Of a DNA stretch of 64,000 bases, positions 30,393 to 39,231 are shown in pieces (within the stretch, counting starts at the first letter, position 1; each line of letters starts with the position of its first letter). The notes below the pieces were generated by a model. The model was not told the DNA's origin. It was given only the letters and a program-made list of their open reading frames with translations, and did no database searches. Position numbers and translations under genes: made by a program. The stretch is taken from the NCBI GenBank assembly GCA_964440275.1, contig CAYTRR010000011.1:83930-147929 (forward strand), in the 5' to 3' direction. Origin of the DNA: an uncultured Spirochaetales bacterium. GTDB lineage: Bacteria; Desulfobacterota_D; UBA1144.

Positions 30393-31469
30393 ATGGCGAA
30401 ATCTCGCTCGACTAGAGACATATCTTGGATAGAGGAACTTTTAGGTGATGAATCCTCTTACTTGTTAAATCATGAATGTATAACAATTAATGCAAAAAAA
30501 ATACATGCACCAGGACCCAAGTTCGTAGATGACATACTAAGAGATTCCGATAGATCAAATACTGTACTTAGAAATTTTCAAATGCTTTTTAATCATGGAA
30601 GATTAAGAGGAACGGGGTATCTATCAATTCTTCCTGTTGATCAAGGAATTGAACATTCAGCTGGTGCATCCTTTGCTCCAAATCCAGATTATTTTGACCC
30701 AGAAAATTTAGTCAAGCTTGCTCTTGAAGGCGGATGTAGCGCTATAGCTTCAACTTTAGGGATGCTCGGGTCTGTATCTCGAAAGTACGCTCATAAAATC
30801 CCGTTTATAGTTAAGTTGAATCATAATGAATTTCTTACTTATCCAAATGAATATGATCAAACACCATTCGCTTCTGTTGACCAAGCATTTAATATGGGAG
30901 CAGTTGCCGTGGGAGCCACAATCTACTTTGGTTCTAAAGAGAGCAAAAGACAGATACAAGAGGTCTCACAAATTTTTGAATATGCGCATTCCCTAGGTTT
31001 AGTCACAATTCTTTGGGCATACTTACGCAATCCAGATTTTAAAACGGATTCTAAGGATTATCATTTGTCTGCTGATTTAACTGGACAGGCAAATCATCTT
31101 GCAGCAACCTTACAAGCTGACATTGTTAAACAAAAATTAGCCGAAAATAATAATGGTTTTGTTGATATTAATTTTGGTAGAACACATAATAAGGTTTATT
31201 CTGAACTTACTTCTGACCATCCAATAGATTTAAATAGATATCAAGTTGTGAATTGCTTCCTAGGGCGAGCAGGACTAATTAATTCTGGAGGAGCATCTGG
31301 AGACAATGATATTGCTCAGGCAGTAAAGACCGCTATTATCAATAAGAGATCTGGAGGCATGGGACTTATAACAGGCAGAAAAGCTTTTCAAAAAAGCATG
31401 AAAGATGGTGTAGAGATTTTAAATGCTGTACAAGATGTTTATCTAAATAAACTAATCAAGCTTGCTTAG
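30393..31469 (+). CDS. fbaB: Class I fructose-bisphosphate aldolase (FbaB/DhnA type)
   Basis: Near-colinear with E. coli FbaB as I recall it: [26 protein letters not shown] and [11 protein letters not shown]. 358 aa. Confidence 0.88.
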   Translation: MAKSRSTRDISWIEELLGDESSYLLNHECITINAKKIHAPGPKFVDDILRDSDRSNTVLRNFQMLFNHGRLRGTGYLSILPVDQGIEHSAGASFAPNPDYFDPENLVKLALEGGCSAIASTLGMLGSVSRKYAHKIPFIVKLNHNEFLTYPNEYDQTPFASVDQAFNMGAVAVGATIYFGSKESKRQIQEVSQIFEYAHSLGLVTILWAYLRNPDFKTDSKDYHLSADLTGQANHLAATLQADIVKQKLAENNNGFVDINFGRTHNKVYSELTSDHPIDLNRYQVVNCFLGRAGLINSGGASGDNDIAQAVKTAIINKRSGGMGLITGRKAFQKSMKDGVEILNAVQDVYLNKLIKLA

Positions 31470-31475
31470 ATTCCC

Positions 31476-32474
31476 TCAACTCTTCATAAGAGACATTACA
31501 TTCTTTACCATATCGTTAGATCCAATAAAAATTGCAGATTTTTGGTGGATTCCTTTTGGCTTCAAATTTAATATTCTTTCTTTTCCATCAGAAGCTAAAC
31601 CACCGGCTTGTTCGATTATAAATGCCATAGGACTACATTCGTATAATAATCTAAGTTTACCTTCAGGAGCTCTTTTAGATTTTGAATAAATAAACAACCC
31701 ACCTTTTAATAGGCTTCTATGGATATCTGCAACCATCGAACCAACATATCTTAGCGAATAAGGTCGACCCGTATCTATGTCTTCTTGCTCGCACCATTTG
31801 ATATATTCTTGTACTTCAATAGGGAATTCATAATAATTACCTTGATTGACTGAATACATTCTTCCGCTTTTAGGTATTTTTATATCTTTATGCGACAAAT
31901 AAAACTCTTGAACTAAAGGATCCAAGGTGAAGGCATCAACACCCTTACCGACCGTTAGTACGTATATCGTAGAAGAGCCATAAATAATGTAGCCAGCAGC
32001 AACTTGTTTGTCGCCTTTTTGTAGGAAGTCTTTCGCAACAAGATTTTTCTTAATCGAAGGTCTTTTAAATATAGAAAAGATAGTTCCAACAGGGACATTT
32101 ACGTCAATATTTGACGATCCATCGAGTGGATCGATTGCCACAATATAATGAGAATTTTTAGAGACTTTATCGTTAAACACTAAGATTTTATCTATTTCTT
32201 CAGATACTATCCCAGCACAGTTCCCACCTTTTTTTAATGAATTGATAAATAAATCATTGGCGATTACATCAAGCTTCTTAACTTTTTCCCCATGGATATT
32301 CTCAGTACCAGACTCATCACCAAGTATTTTATTCAAACCAGCGCTATTTAGCTCCTTGCTAACTTGTCTTGCTGCGAGTTTAATATCTTTTAGAAGAGAT
32401 ATGAGTTCCCTATTTTTATCACCAACTAATTTATTTTTTAGCAGATATTGGTAGGCGGTGAGTTTTTCCATCAA
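31476..32474 (-). CDS. fbp: Fructose-1,6-bisphosphatase class 1
   Basis: 332 aa. FBPase-I metal-binding region (DPLDGSSN). Confidence 0.88.
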   Translation of the reverse strand: MMEKLTAYQYLLKNKLVGDKNRELISLLKDIKLAARQVSKELNSAGLNKILGDESGTENIHGEKVKKLDVIANDLFINSLKKGGNCAGIVSEEIDKILVFNDKVSKNSHYIVAIDPLDGSSNIDVNVPVGTIFSIFKRPSIKKNLVAKDFLQKGDKQVAAGYIIYGSSTIYVLTVGKGVDAFTLDPLVQEFYLSHKDIKIPKSGRMYSVNQGNYYEFPIEVQEYIKWCEQEDIDTGRPYSLRYVGSMVADIHRSLLKGGLFIYSKSKRAPEGKLRLLYECSPMAFIIEQAGGLASDGKERILNLKPKGIHQKSAIFIGSNDMVKNVMSLMKS

Positions 32475-32488
32475 ATAGAATCATACCC

Positions 32489-32938
32489 TTATATAGCTAA
32501 AAAAAAAGATAGATAAGCTTGAATTTTAAAATATATCAAAGATTCAATGCCATATATTTTATTTGCCAAAACCAAAAAAATATATCCAAAACAGCTACCT
32601 GTCAAAAAACCCAAGACAGCACCAAAAACCCTATTTGCTAATCCTAGATTCAAGGACTTTATCAAAGCTTCAAAAAGGATAAAAAGAATCTTAAAGAAAA
32701 GATATAGCAGAACATACATAAGAATGCTGGAGATTATTTCTGCCCCCGATCCGGAATAAAAAGAAAATTTTTCTATTAGATATAATTGGAAGATATCTGA
32801 CCCGATATAAGTAATTATAAGGGGGATAAACAAAGTGAAGAATTTAGAGAAGGATGCTACAAATCCGACAAAAAAACCAAAAAAGGTGATAACAAGAATT
32901 ATAGAAATAAAAATTATGTCATACACAGTCATATTCAT
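32489..32938 (-). CDS. Small polytopic membrane protein (CvpA-like?)
   Basis: 149 aa, about 4 TM helices. Family assignment is tentative. Confidence 0.4.
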   Translation of the reverse strand: MNMTVYDIIFISIILVITFFGFFVGFVASFSKFFTLFIPLIITYIGSDIFQLYLIEKFSFYSGSGAEIISSILMYVLLYLFFKILFILFEALIKSLNLGLANRVFGAVLGFLTGSCFGYIFLVLANKIYGIESLIYFKIQAYLSFFLAI

Positions 32939-33063
32939 TATTTACTTATACAAAAATACAAGAAAATTTATTGATTTTCTTTAGTATCTATCTATAGTCT
33001 TAATTCGTCAACATTAGAATTTTCTTCTTTTGACTTATCACTTTTTTCTGATAACTTACAAAA

Positions 33064-34044
33064 ATGGATTATGTCTCAATTTTATCTCCTATAAAGAAAT
33101 ATCTTGTCTCTGTAGAGCAAGAATTAAAGAACCAAGTCTCTAATGAAATTAATCTGACCGAAGAGATAATTAAATACTTGTTGCTGAAGCCAGGTAAAAG
33201 ATTGCGTCCTTCTATAGTTTTACTATCAGCACTTTCAATTAGAAACAAGATTAATAAAAATATAATTTATGCCGCTACTTCGGTGGAACTGCTTCATAAT
33301 GCATCATTAATTCATGATGATATTGTCGATGAAGCCACACTTAGAAGAGGAGTAAAATCAGCTAATAAAATATGGGGAGACCATGCAACAGTTCTAGCAG
33401 GAGACTATTTGCTTGCTAAATCTTTATTTTTAATTAACAAATCTAAGAACTCTGAGATAATGTCCTCTGTGACTTCTGCTGCAGCTGAGTTAGCAAACGG
33501 TCAAATACTAGATATTATGCTATCTAAAAGACAAATACCTTTTAATGAAAAAGCCTATTTCGAAATGATCAACTTAAAAACGGCGTCCCTTATTTCCTCA
33601 TCTGCAGAGATTGGAGCTATTTTGGCAGGGGGTAATAGATTTTCAATATCTAGAATGAAGAAATATGGACAAAATTTAGGAATCTCGTATCAGTTAATTG
33701 ATGATGTGTTAGATTTTATAGGTGATTCAAAAAGTATGGGGAAAAAGGCAATGGGGGACATAAAAGAAGGAAAAGTTACCTTGCCGATGCTTATTTCTTT
33801 AAAAAATGGAAGAAACACTATGTCTGACAAAGCAATAAATATTTTGGCCAAGAAAAAGTTTAATAAAAAAAATTTAGATTTTCTATATAATTTTGTCCTT
33901 AAAACACAAGCAATTGAAGAAACTATTAGAATAGCGAATAATTATTCTTTAAAGGCTGTTTCAACATTAAAAGATTTAAAAAACAGCCAATTTAAGGAAT
34001 CATTGATTAGCTTAGCGAAGGCAAATTCTACTAGGATGTATTAA
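33064..34044 (+). CDS. ispB: Polyprenyl diphosphate synthase (trans-isoprenyl diphosphate synthase)
   Basis: First DDxxD (LIHDDIVDE) and second DDxxD (IDDVLD) motifs. 326 aa. Confidence 0.85.
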   Translation: MDYVSILSPIKKYLVSVEQELKNQVSNEINLTEEIIKYLLLKPGKRLRPSIVLLSALSIRNKINKNIIYAATSVELLHNASLIHDDIVDEATLRRGVKSANKIWGDHATVLAGDYLLAKSLFLINKSKNSEIMSSVTSAAAELANGQILDIMLSKRQIPFNEKAYFEMINLKTASLISSSAEIGAILAGGNRFSISRMKKYGQNLGISYQLIDDVLDFIGDSKSMGKKAMGDIKEGKVTLPMLISLKNGRNTMSDKAINILAKKKFNKKNLDFLYNFVLKTQAIEETIRIANNYSLKAVSTLKDLKNSQFKESLISLAKANSTRMY

Positions 34045-34046
34045 TT

Positions 34047-35672
34047 GTGAAAAAGGAAGATTGGGAAAAAAAGTTCAAAGAAAAAATAAAAGAAAGAAAA
34101 GAAACCTTTTCGACCACTTCTGGTATTGACATTAATAGGTTTTATACAAGTGAAGATCTTGATAAAAACTTAGATGAAAAAAACTCTATGCCAGGCAGCT
34201 TCCCTTTTGCTAGAGGCGTTCAGCCTACAATGTATAGAGGAAGACTGTGGACTATGAGACAGTATGCAGGATTTGGCTCTGCAGAAGAAACCAATAAAAG
34301 ATTCAAATATCTTCTAGACAAAGGACAAACAGGATTAAGCGTAGCTTTTGATTTACCTACTCAAATGGGATACGATTCGGATTCAGAAATCAGTAAAGGT
34401 GAAGTTGGTAAAGTTGGTGTTGCGATTGACTCCCTTGATGACATGGAGATCCTACTCGAGGACATACCTTTAGATCAAGTTTCAACTTCTATGACAATTA
34501 ATGCAACAGCATCGATGTTATTAGCTATGTATATAGTAGCAGCTGAGAAACAAGGAATTTCAGCAGATAAAATAATGGGAACTGTTCAAAATGATTTGCT
34601 TAAAGAGTTTATTGCAAGAGGAACATATGCTTTTCCACCAGAACCTTCAGTCAAATTAACTGTCGATATCATGGAGTATTGTAAAGATTTTGCACCGAGA
34701 TGGAATCCCATCAGTGTTAGTGGATACCATATAAGAGAAGCAGGATCAACAGCAGTTCAAGAACTTGCTTTTATGATTGCTGATGCAATTGAATATTTAG
34801 AAATTGCTAAATCACGAAATATAGATATTGAGCAAATTTGCAAACGAGTTTCCTTTTTCTTCGCGGTGCATAATAATTTTTTTGAAGAAATCTCTAAATA
34901 TAGGGCCGCAAGAAGAATATGGGCAAACATATTAAGAAAGAATTTTAACATTCAAGACGATAACGCTTGCAAATTTAGAGTCCACTCTCAAACAGGCGGA
35001 GTAACTCTTACAGCTCAGCAACCATTAAACAACATTGTAAGAACTGGTATGCAAGCTATGGCAGCGGTTCTAGGTGGAACTCAATCTTTGCATACAAATT
35101 CTTATGATGAAGCATTAGGCTTACCTACTGAAGACTCTGCAATAATTGCATTGAGGACACAACAACTTATTGCTTATGAGTCAGAAGTTGCCGACTCTAT
35201 TGATCCATTAGCAGGCTCATTTTTCCTTGAAAATTTGACTGATGAAATAGAAAAAAAAGTTTATGAGTATTTAGAAATTATCAAGAAAAAAGGTGGAATG
35301 ATTAAATGTATCGAGGAAAATTATATTCAATCTGAAATAGAAAATTCTGCTTACAGCTTACAGCTTGAATTAGAAAGAAAGGAAAGAGTGGTTGTTGGAG
35401 TTAATGATTTTACAGATGTTGAAGAGAAACTACCTCCCATACAGGAAATTGATTCAAATCTAGAATTGAATCAAGTTAACAAATTAAAAGAATTACGTAA
35501 AAATCGAAATCCCAAAAAAGTTAAAGATTGCTTAGACAATTTAGAAAATGCAGCGAGAGAGGAAAAAAATCTCATGCCCTTTATCTTAGAAGCTGTAAAG
35601 GAGTATTGCACAATAGGTGAAATGACATCAGCTCTCGAATTAGTTTATGGTCGATTCAAGGGTTCAGGATAG
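34047..35672 (+). CDS. Methylmalonyl-CoA mutase family, catalytic (large) subunit without B12-binding domain
   Basis: GTG start. PTMYRGRLWTMRQYAGFGSAEETNKRFKYLL TIM-barrel substrate-binding region. Ends at 541 aa with no C-terminal B12-binding DxHxxG domain. Confidence 0.85.
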   Translation: MKKEDWEKKFKEKIKERKETFSTTSGIDINRFYTSEDLDKNLDEKNSMPGSFPFARGVQPTMYRGRLWTMRQYAGFGSAEETNKRFKYLLDKGQTGLSVAFDLPTQMGYDSDSEISKGEVGKVGVAIDSLDDMEILLEDIPLDQVSTSMTINATASMLLAMYIVAAEKQGISADKIMGTVQNDLLKEFIARGTYAFPPEPSVKLTVDIMEYCKDFAPRWNPISVSGYHIREAGSTAVQELAFMIADAIEYLEIAKSRNIDIEQICKRVSFFFAVHNNFFEEISKYRAARRIWANILRKNFNIQDDNACKFRVHSQTGGVTLTAQQPLNNIVRTGMQAMAAVLGGTQSLHTNSYDEALGLPTEDSAIIALRTQQLIAYESEVADSIDPLAGSFFLENLTDEIEKKVYEYLEIIKKKGGMIKCIEENYIQSEIENSAYSLQLELERKERVVVGVNDFTDVEEKLPPIQEIDSNLELNQVNKLKELRKNRNPKKVKDCLDNLENAAREEKNLMPFILEAVKEYCTIGEMTSALELVYGRFKGSG

Positions 35673-36104
35673 TTCCTTGCTCATCAATAGAGCATTTTCA
35701 TTATATTTTTTATAATAATTTTTTCGTATACCATCAATTTTAAATCCCAATTCTTTATACAAACTTATTGCGGCTTCATTTCCTTCTCTAACCTCTAGAA
35801 AAATCTTACTTGTGTTTGAATTACTTATAAACAGTTCAACTTCTTTTATTAATTTTTTAGCGATACCTATTTTTCTGAAACTTTTTGAGACAGCTATCTT
35901 TAGTATTTCAACAAAATCCACAGAATTTCGAGTAAATATATATGCTACCAACCTAGAATCTTTTTCAAAAACTAGATTAAAAGCATTATTATTAGTAATC
36001 TCTATCAATATTTGATCTTTTGACCAGTAATCTTTAAAAAATAATTTTTCATAATCATAAATAATATCTACATCAGTAGTCTCTACTTTTCTAATTACAT
36101 CCAT
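35664..36104 (-). CDS. rimI: GNAT family N-acetyltransferase (RimI-like)
   Basis: 146 aa. Acetyl-CoA binding motif RKIGIAKKL. Confidence 0.7.
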   Translation of the reverse strand: MDVIRKVETTDVDIIYDYEKLFFKDYWSKDQILIEITNNNAFNLVFEKDSRLVAYIFTRNSVDFVEILKIAVSKSFRKIGIAKKLIKEVELFISNSNTSKIFLEVREGNEAAISLYKELGFKIDGIRKNYYKKYNENALLMSKELS

Positions 36105-36130
36105 TATATAATAATAATAATTGATAAATT

Positions 36131-36865
36131 ATGAAAAAAGCACTAATAGTTTTAAGCGGTGGGCAAGATTCTACTACATGTTTGTTTTGGGCAATCAAAG
36201 AAGGTTATTCATGTTCCGCTATAACTTTTAATTACAATCAATTGCATAGCATAGAGATTGAGAGCGCGAAAAAGATTTGTAAGATTGCAGGGATTGTTCA
36301 TCATGATATTGTTGATGTAGGATCAATTTTTAATGGAAATTCGCCTTTAACTAATTTCGATAAAAAACTTGAGACACATGAAAAAATAGAAAATTTTTCT
36401 TCCGGCATACAAGAAACTTTTGTGCCCGGAAGAAATCTGCTTTTTTTATCTATAGCAGCAAATAGGGCATATACAGACAATATAGCTACAATCATAACAG
36501 GTGTTTGCCAAGAAGACTTTGGTGGGTATCCTGACTGTCGCCAAAATTTTATTGATAGCATGGAAAATACAATTTCATGTGCATTAGATAAAAAAATTGA
36601 AATTTTAACACCACTCATGTTTATGAAAAAATATGAAATTATTAATTTAAGTAAAACATTAGGAGAACAATGTTGGGATGCTTTAGCTTATACTCACACA
36701 AGCTATGATGGTAAATATCCTCCATCCTCAAAAGATCATGCAAACATGTTGAGATCAAAAGCATTTGAAGAAGCCAATTTGCCTGACCCTTTAGTATTAA
36801 GGGCTGTTTCTGAAAATTTAATGAGGCTACCCAAAAGTAAAAATTATGAAATTAAAAATAAGTGA
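36131..36865 (+). CDS. queC: 7-cyano-7-deazaguanine synthase (variant lacking the C-terminal Zn-Cys cluster)
   Basis: PP-loop LSGGQDSTTC and FVPGRNLLFL, GYPDCR motifs. The C-terminus has THTSYDGKYPPSSKDHANM where canonical QueC has the C-x8-C-x2-C-x2-C Zn site. Confidence 0.8.
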   Translation: MKKALIVLSGGQDSTTCLFWAIKEGYSCSAITFNYNQLHSIEIESAKKICKIAGIVHHDIVDVGSIFNGNSPLTNFDKKLETHEKIENFSSGIQETFVPGRNLLFLSIAANRAYTDNIATIITGVCQEDFGGYPDCRQNFIDSMENTISCALDKKIEILTPLMFMKKYEIINLSKTLGEQCWDALAYTHTSYDGKYPPSSKDHANMLRSKAFEEANLPDPLVLRAVSENLMRLPKSKNYEIKNK

Positions 36866-37490
36866 AATTTTTTATTCAATACAAGGGGAAGGAGTTGATA
36901 TGGGAATACCAACAATTTTTCTCCGTCTTTTTGGATGTAACTTGCGATGTACTTGGTGTGATTCAATGTATGCAGTAGAAGGCAAAGAATATAAAATTAT
37001 GAAAATAGAAAATATAATTAGAGAAATAGAATTAATCGATTGTAAAAGAATTTGTATAACTGGAGGAGAACCATTGTTGCAGCAAGAGCCATTAATCGAC
37101 TTAGTTCAAATCTTAGTAAACAAAAATTTTAACATTATACTTGAAACGGCTGGCCACATAGAGCCCGATCCAGTTTTCCAAAACAAACAAGTTGTAATTA
37201 GCATGGATTGCAAATGTCCTTCTTCGAACATGGAGCAAAAGACTAATAATTCAATTTTAAAGAAATTAAACAAGAAAGATCAAATCAAATTTGTAGTTAA
37301 AGATCAAAAAGATTATGATTACGCTAAACAAATAATTGTTAAAGAAAAATTTCAAGCAGAAATTATTATGCAGCCTGTTTTTGGAACCAAGATATCTATC
37401 ATAGCTGATCTAGTCTTAAAAGATAATCTTCCTGTCAGAGTACTTCCCCAACTTCACAAGTCTATATGGGGTGACAAAAGAGGAGTCTAA
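36846..37490 (+). CDS. queE: 7-carboxy-7-deazaguanine synthase (radical SAM)
   Basis: CNLRCTWCDS cluster motif. 214 aa. Overlaps the queC 3' end by 20 nt. Confidence 0.85.
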   Translation: MKLKISEIFYSIQGEGVDMGIPTIFLRLFGCNLRCTWCDSMYAVEGKEYKIMKIENIIREIELIDCKRICITGGEPLLQQEPLIDLVQILVNKNFNIILETAGHIEPDPVFQNKQVVISMDCKCPSSNMEQKTNNSILKKLNKKDQIKFVVKDQKDYDYAKQIIVKEKFQAEIIMQPVFGTKISIIADLVLKDNLPVRVLPQLHKSIWGDKRGV

Positions 37491-37855
37491 TTCTTACAGT
37501 CAATACAAGTACACATCTCCATCAACCTTTCATAAGAAAATATCCCTGTTTCGTGTCCGTCGCCCCACTTGAATTGGATTGCATATTGCCCTATTTTTTG
37601 AAAATTAAGAATTTTATAACTATCTTCTGGCAAAAGTGGTATAGATTTTTTAAAACCCTCTCTTGCCGTTCTACATGTTGCACATGGACAGGAATCACGA
37701 ATGTCCTTAACAATTAAATAACTTAAATGCGAATCAGACCATAAAATCGAGACAATCCTGTCATTTAGAAGTTTCAATTCTCTTATATCAACAGCCATGA
37801 TAAAATTAAAATTAATGAATAGTGATATTCTAATCGATGACCTTATTGAATACAA
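37487..37855 (-). CDS. DUF971 domain protein (gamma-butyrobetaine hydroxylase-like N-terminal domain)
   Basis: SCPCATCR and W.DGH.S motifs. The start is likely the internal MAVDIRELK at 37798. Confidence 0.6.
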   Translation of the reverse strand: MYSIRSSIRISLFINFNFIMAVDIRELKLLNDRIVSILWSDSHLSYLIVKDIRDSCPCATCRTAREGFKKSIPLLPEDSYKILNFQKIGQYAIQFKWGDGHETGIFSYERLMEMCTCIDCKN

Positions 37856-38555
37856 TCAAATAGTATTGATTATAGAAAAAAATTTTTTTGAAAATGGAAA
37901 ATATGAGATTCTTTTTGATTACGAGACAAGACCATCAATAAAAGATTTTAGATCTAATGAAGAAAGCAGAAACCAGTATTTCTCACATATCTCTCATATT
38001 TTAAAGGACGACTACCCTTTTGCAGTTTCTGACAGATACCGCAGGATACTGGAAATTAAAAAGTCACAATCCATATCAGGAATTATCAACCTTAATATTG
38101 ACGGGATACTAAAACTTGAAGATCCACAAAACATTATAGACCTAGAAGGAAACATTAGTTGGTTGTATTGTTCGACATGTGGAATGGATAAAAGTATGGA
38201 ATCAGTAATTAAGAATCAAGATGCTGTTTCATGCTCAGGATGCAAGGACAATGTTCTAAAACCCAGTATTCCTTTTAAAGGACAAGATATTGCGGAATGG
38301 GACTACAGAGATTCATGGATGCTACTAAATAGATGTGAAAATTTGATTATTTTGGCGGAGGATAGAATATCACCCATAACATATTCATTTATTGAGATAG
38401 TAGTTAAAAGGAATAAGGCAATACACATTATAAGCGAAACAAGCAACAAGTATGAGGATTTACATGTTGATATGAGCAGTGTCAACTTTATTGATTACTC
38501 TATAGATAATTTTTTAGATATAATGATTAAATCCTTAGAAAATCAAGTTATATAA
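37797..38555 (+). CDS. SIR2/sirtuin-fold protein with intact Zn ribbon but degenerate NAD-binding and catalytic motifs
   Basis: C-terminal two thirds colinear with the sirtuin core: LNIDGIL (cf. QNIDGLH), CSTC-x22-CSGC Zn ribbon, LKPSIPFKGQ (cf. LKP.VV.FGE), and LIILAEDRISP (cf. GTS.VYPA). The N-terminal GAGISxxSGIP motif and the catalytic HG are replaced. Confidence 0.55.
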   Translation: MIKLKLMNSDILIDDLIEYNQIVLIIEKNFFENGKYEILFDYETRPSIKDFRSNEESRNQYFSHISHILKDDYPFAVSDRYRRILEIKKSQSISGIINLNIDGILKLEDPQNIIDLEGNISWLYCSTCGMDKSMESVIKNQDAVSCSGCKDNVLKPSIPFKGQDIAEWDYRDSWMLLNRCENLIILAEDRISPITYSFIEIVVKRNKAIHIISETSNKYEDLHVDMSSVNFIDYSIDNFLDIMIKSLENQVI

Positions 38556-38557
38556 AG

Positions 38558-39226
38558 ATGAAGATAAGATTAGTAAGTTACTCAAAAGCAACAGAAGAAT
38601 TTAACAACGAAGGGATTTTAAATGTTCAAGATTTAATCGCTTTTTGTGCAAGAGTATCTAATCCATCTAATCAAGTGAACAATGAAACAAGTGAAAGATT
38701 AATAAATTATTTAATCTCCAATAAACACTGGTCCCCGCTTGAAATGGTTAGTGCATGTATTGAAATTGAAACGACTCGTGATATTGCTAGACAGATATTG
38801 AGACACAGATCTTTTAGTTTTCAGGAGTTTAGCCAGCGTTATGCTGACCCAACTAAAGATTTGTCTTTTGTAACTAGAGCGGCTAGATTGCAAGATAAAA
38901 AAAATCGACAAAATTCTATCGAAACTGATGACGATTTACTTGTTGAGGAATGGAACAACAAACAGCTTAAGCTTATAGAACTCGCAAAAGATACATACAA
39001 ATGGGCAATTGACAATGGTATTGCAAAGGAGCAAGCCCGATCCGTACTTCCTGAAGGAAATACAGTTAGTAGAATGTATATGAATGGCACTCTAAGAAGT
39101 TGGGTTCATTATATTGAATTACGAAGTGGTCATGGAACTCAGAAAGAACACATGGATATAGCTATAGCCATCGCAAAAGTCATAAGTGAAATTTTTCCTA
39201 TGGCAAAAAGTATTGCTAAAATATAA
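38558..39226 (+). CDS. thyX: Flavin-dependent thymidylate synthase
   Basis: ThyX signature RHRSFSFQEFSQRY (RHR-x7-S). 222 aa. Confidence 0.85.
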   Translation: MKIRLVSYSKATEEFNNEGILNVQDLIAFCARVSNPSNQVNNETSERLINYLISNKHWSPLEMVSACIEIETTRDIARQILRHRSFSFQEFSQRYADPTKDLSFVTRAARLQDKKNRQNSIETDDDLLVEEWNNKQLKLIELAKDTYKWAIDNGIAKEQARSVLPEGNTVSRMYMNGTLRSWVHYIELRSGHGTQKEHMDIAIAIAKVISEIFPMAKSIAKI

Positions 39227-39231
39227 TAAAA

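Noticed and set aside
31462-31689. 75-aa ORF overlapping the fbaB/fbp junction
   Set aside because: It is entirely contained antisense within the fbp 3' region, has no Shine-Dalgarno sequence and a low-complexity product.
36131-39226. queC-queE / SIR2-like / thyX as a 7-deazaguanine DNA-modification or antiphage island
   Set aside because: There is no TGT-like DpdA, no helicase, nuclease or ATPase partners, no mobile-element hallmarks, and queE and thyX look like ordinary housekeeping versions. The individual oddities (Zn-less QueC, degenerate sirtuin) are reported separately.
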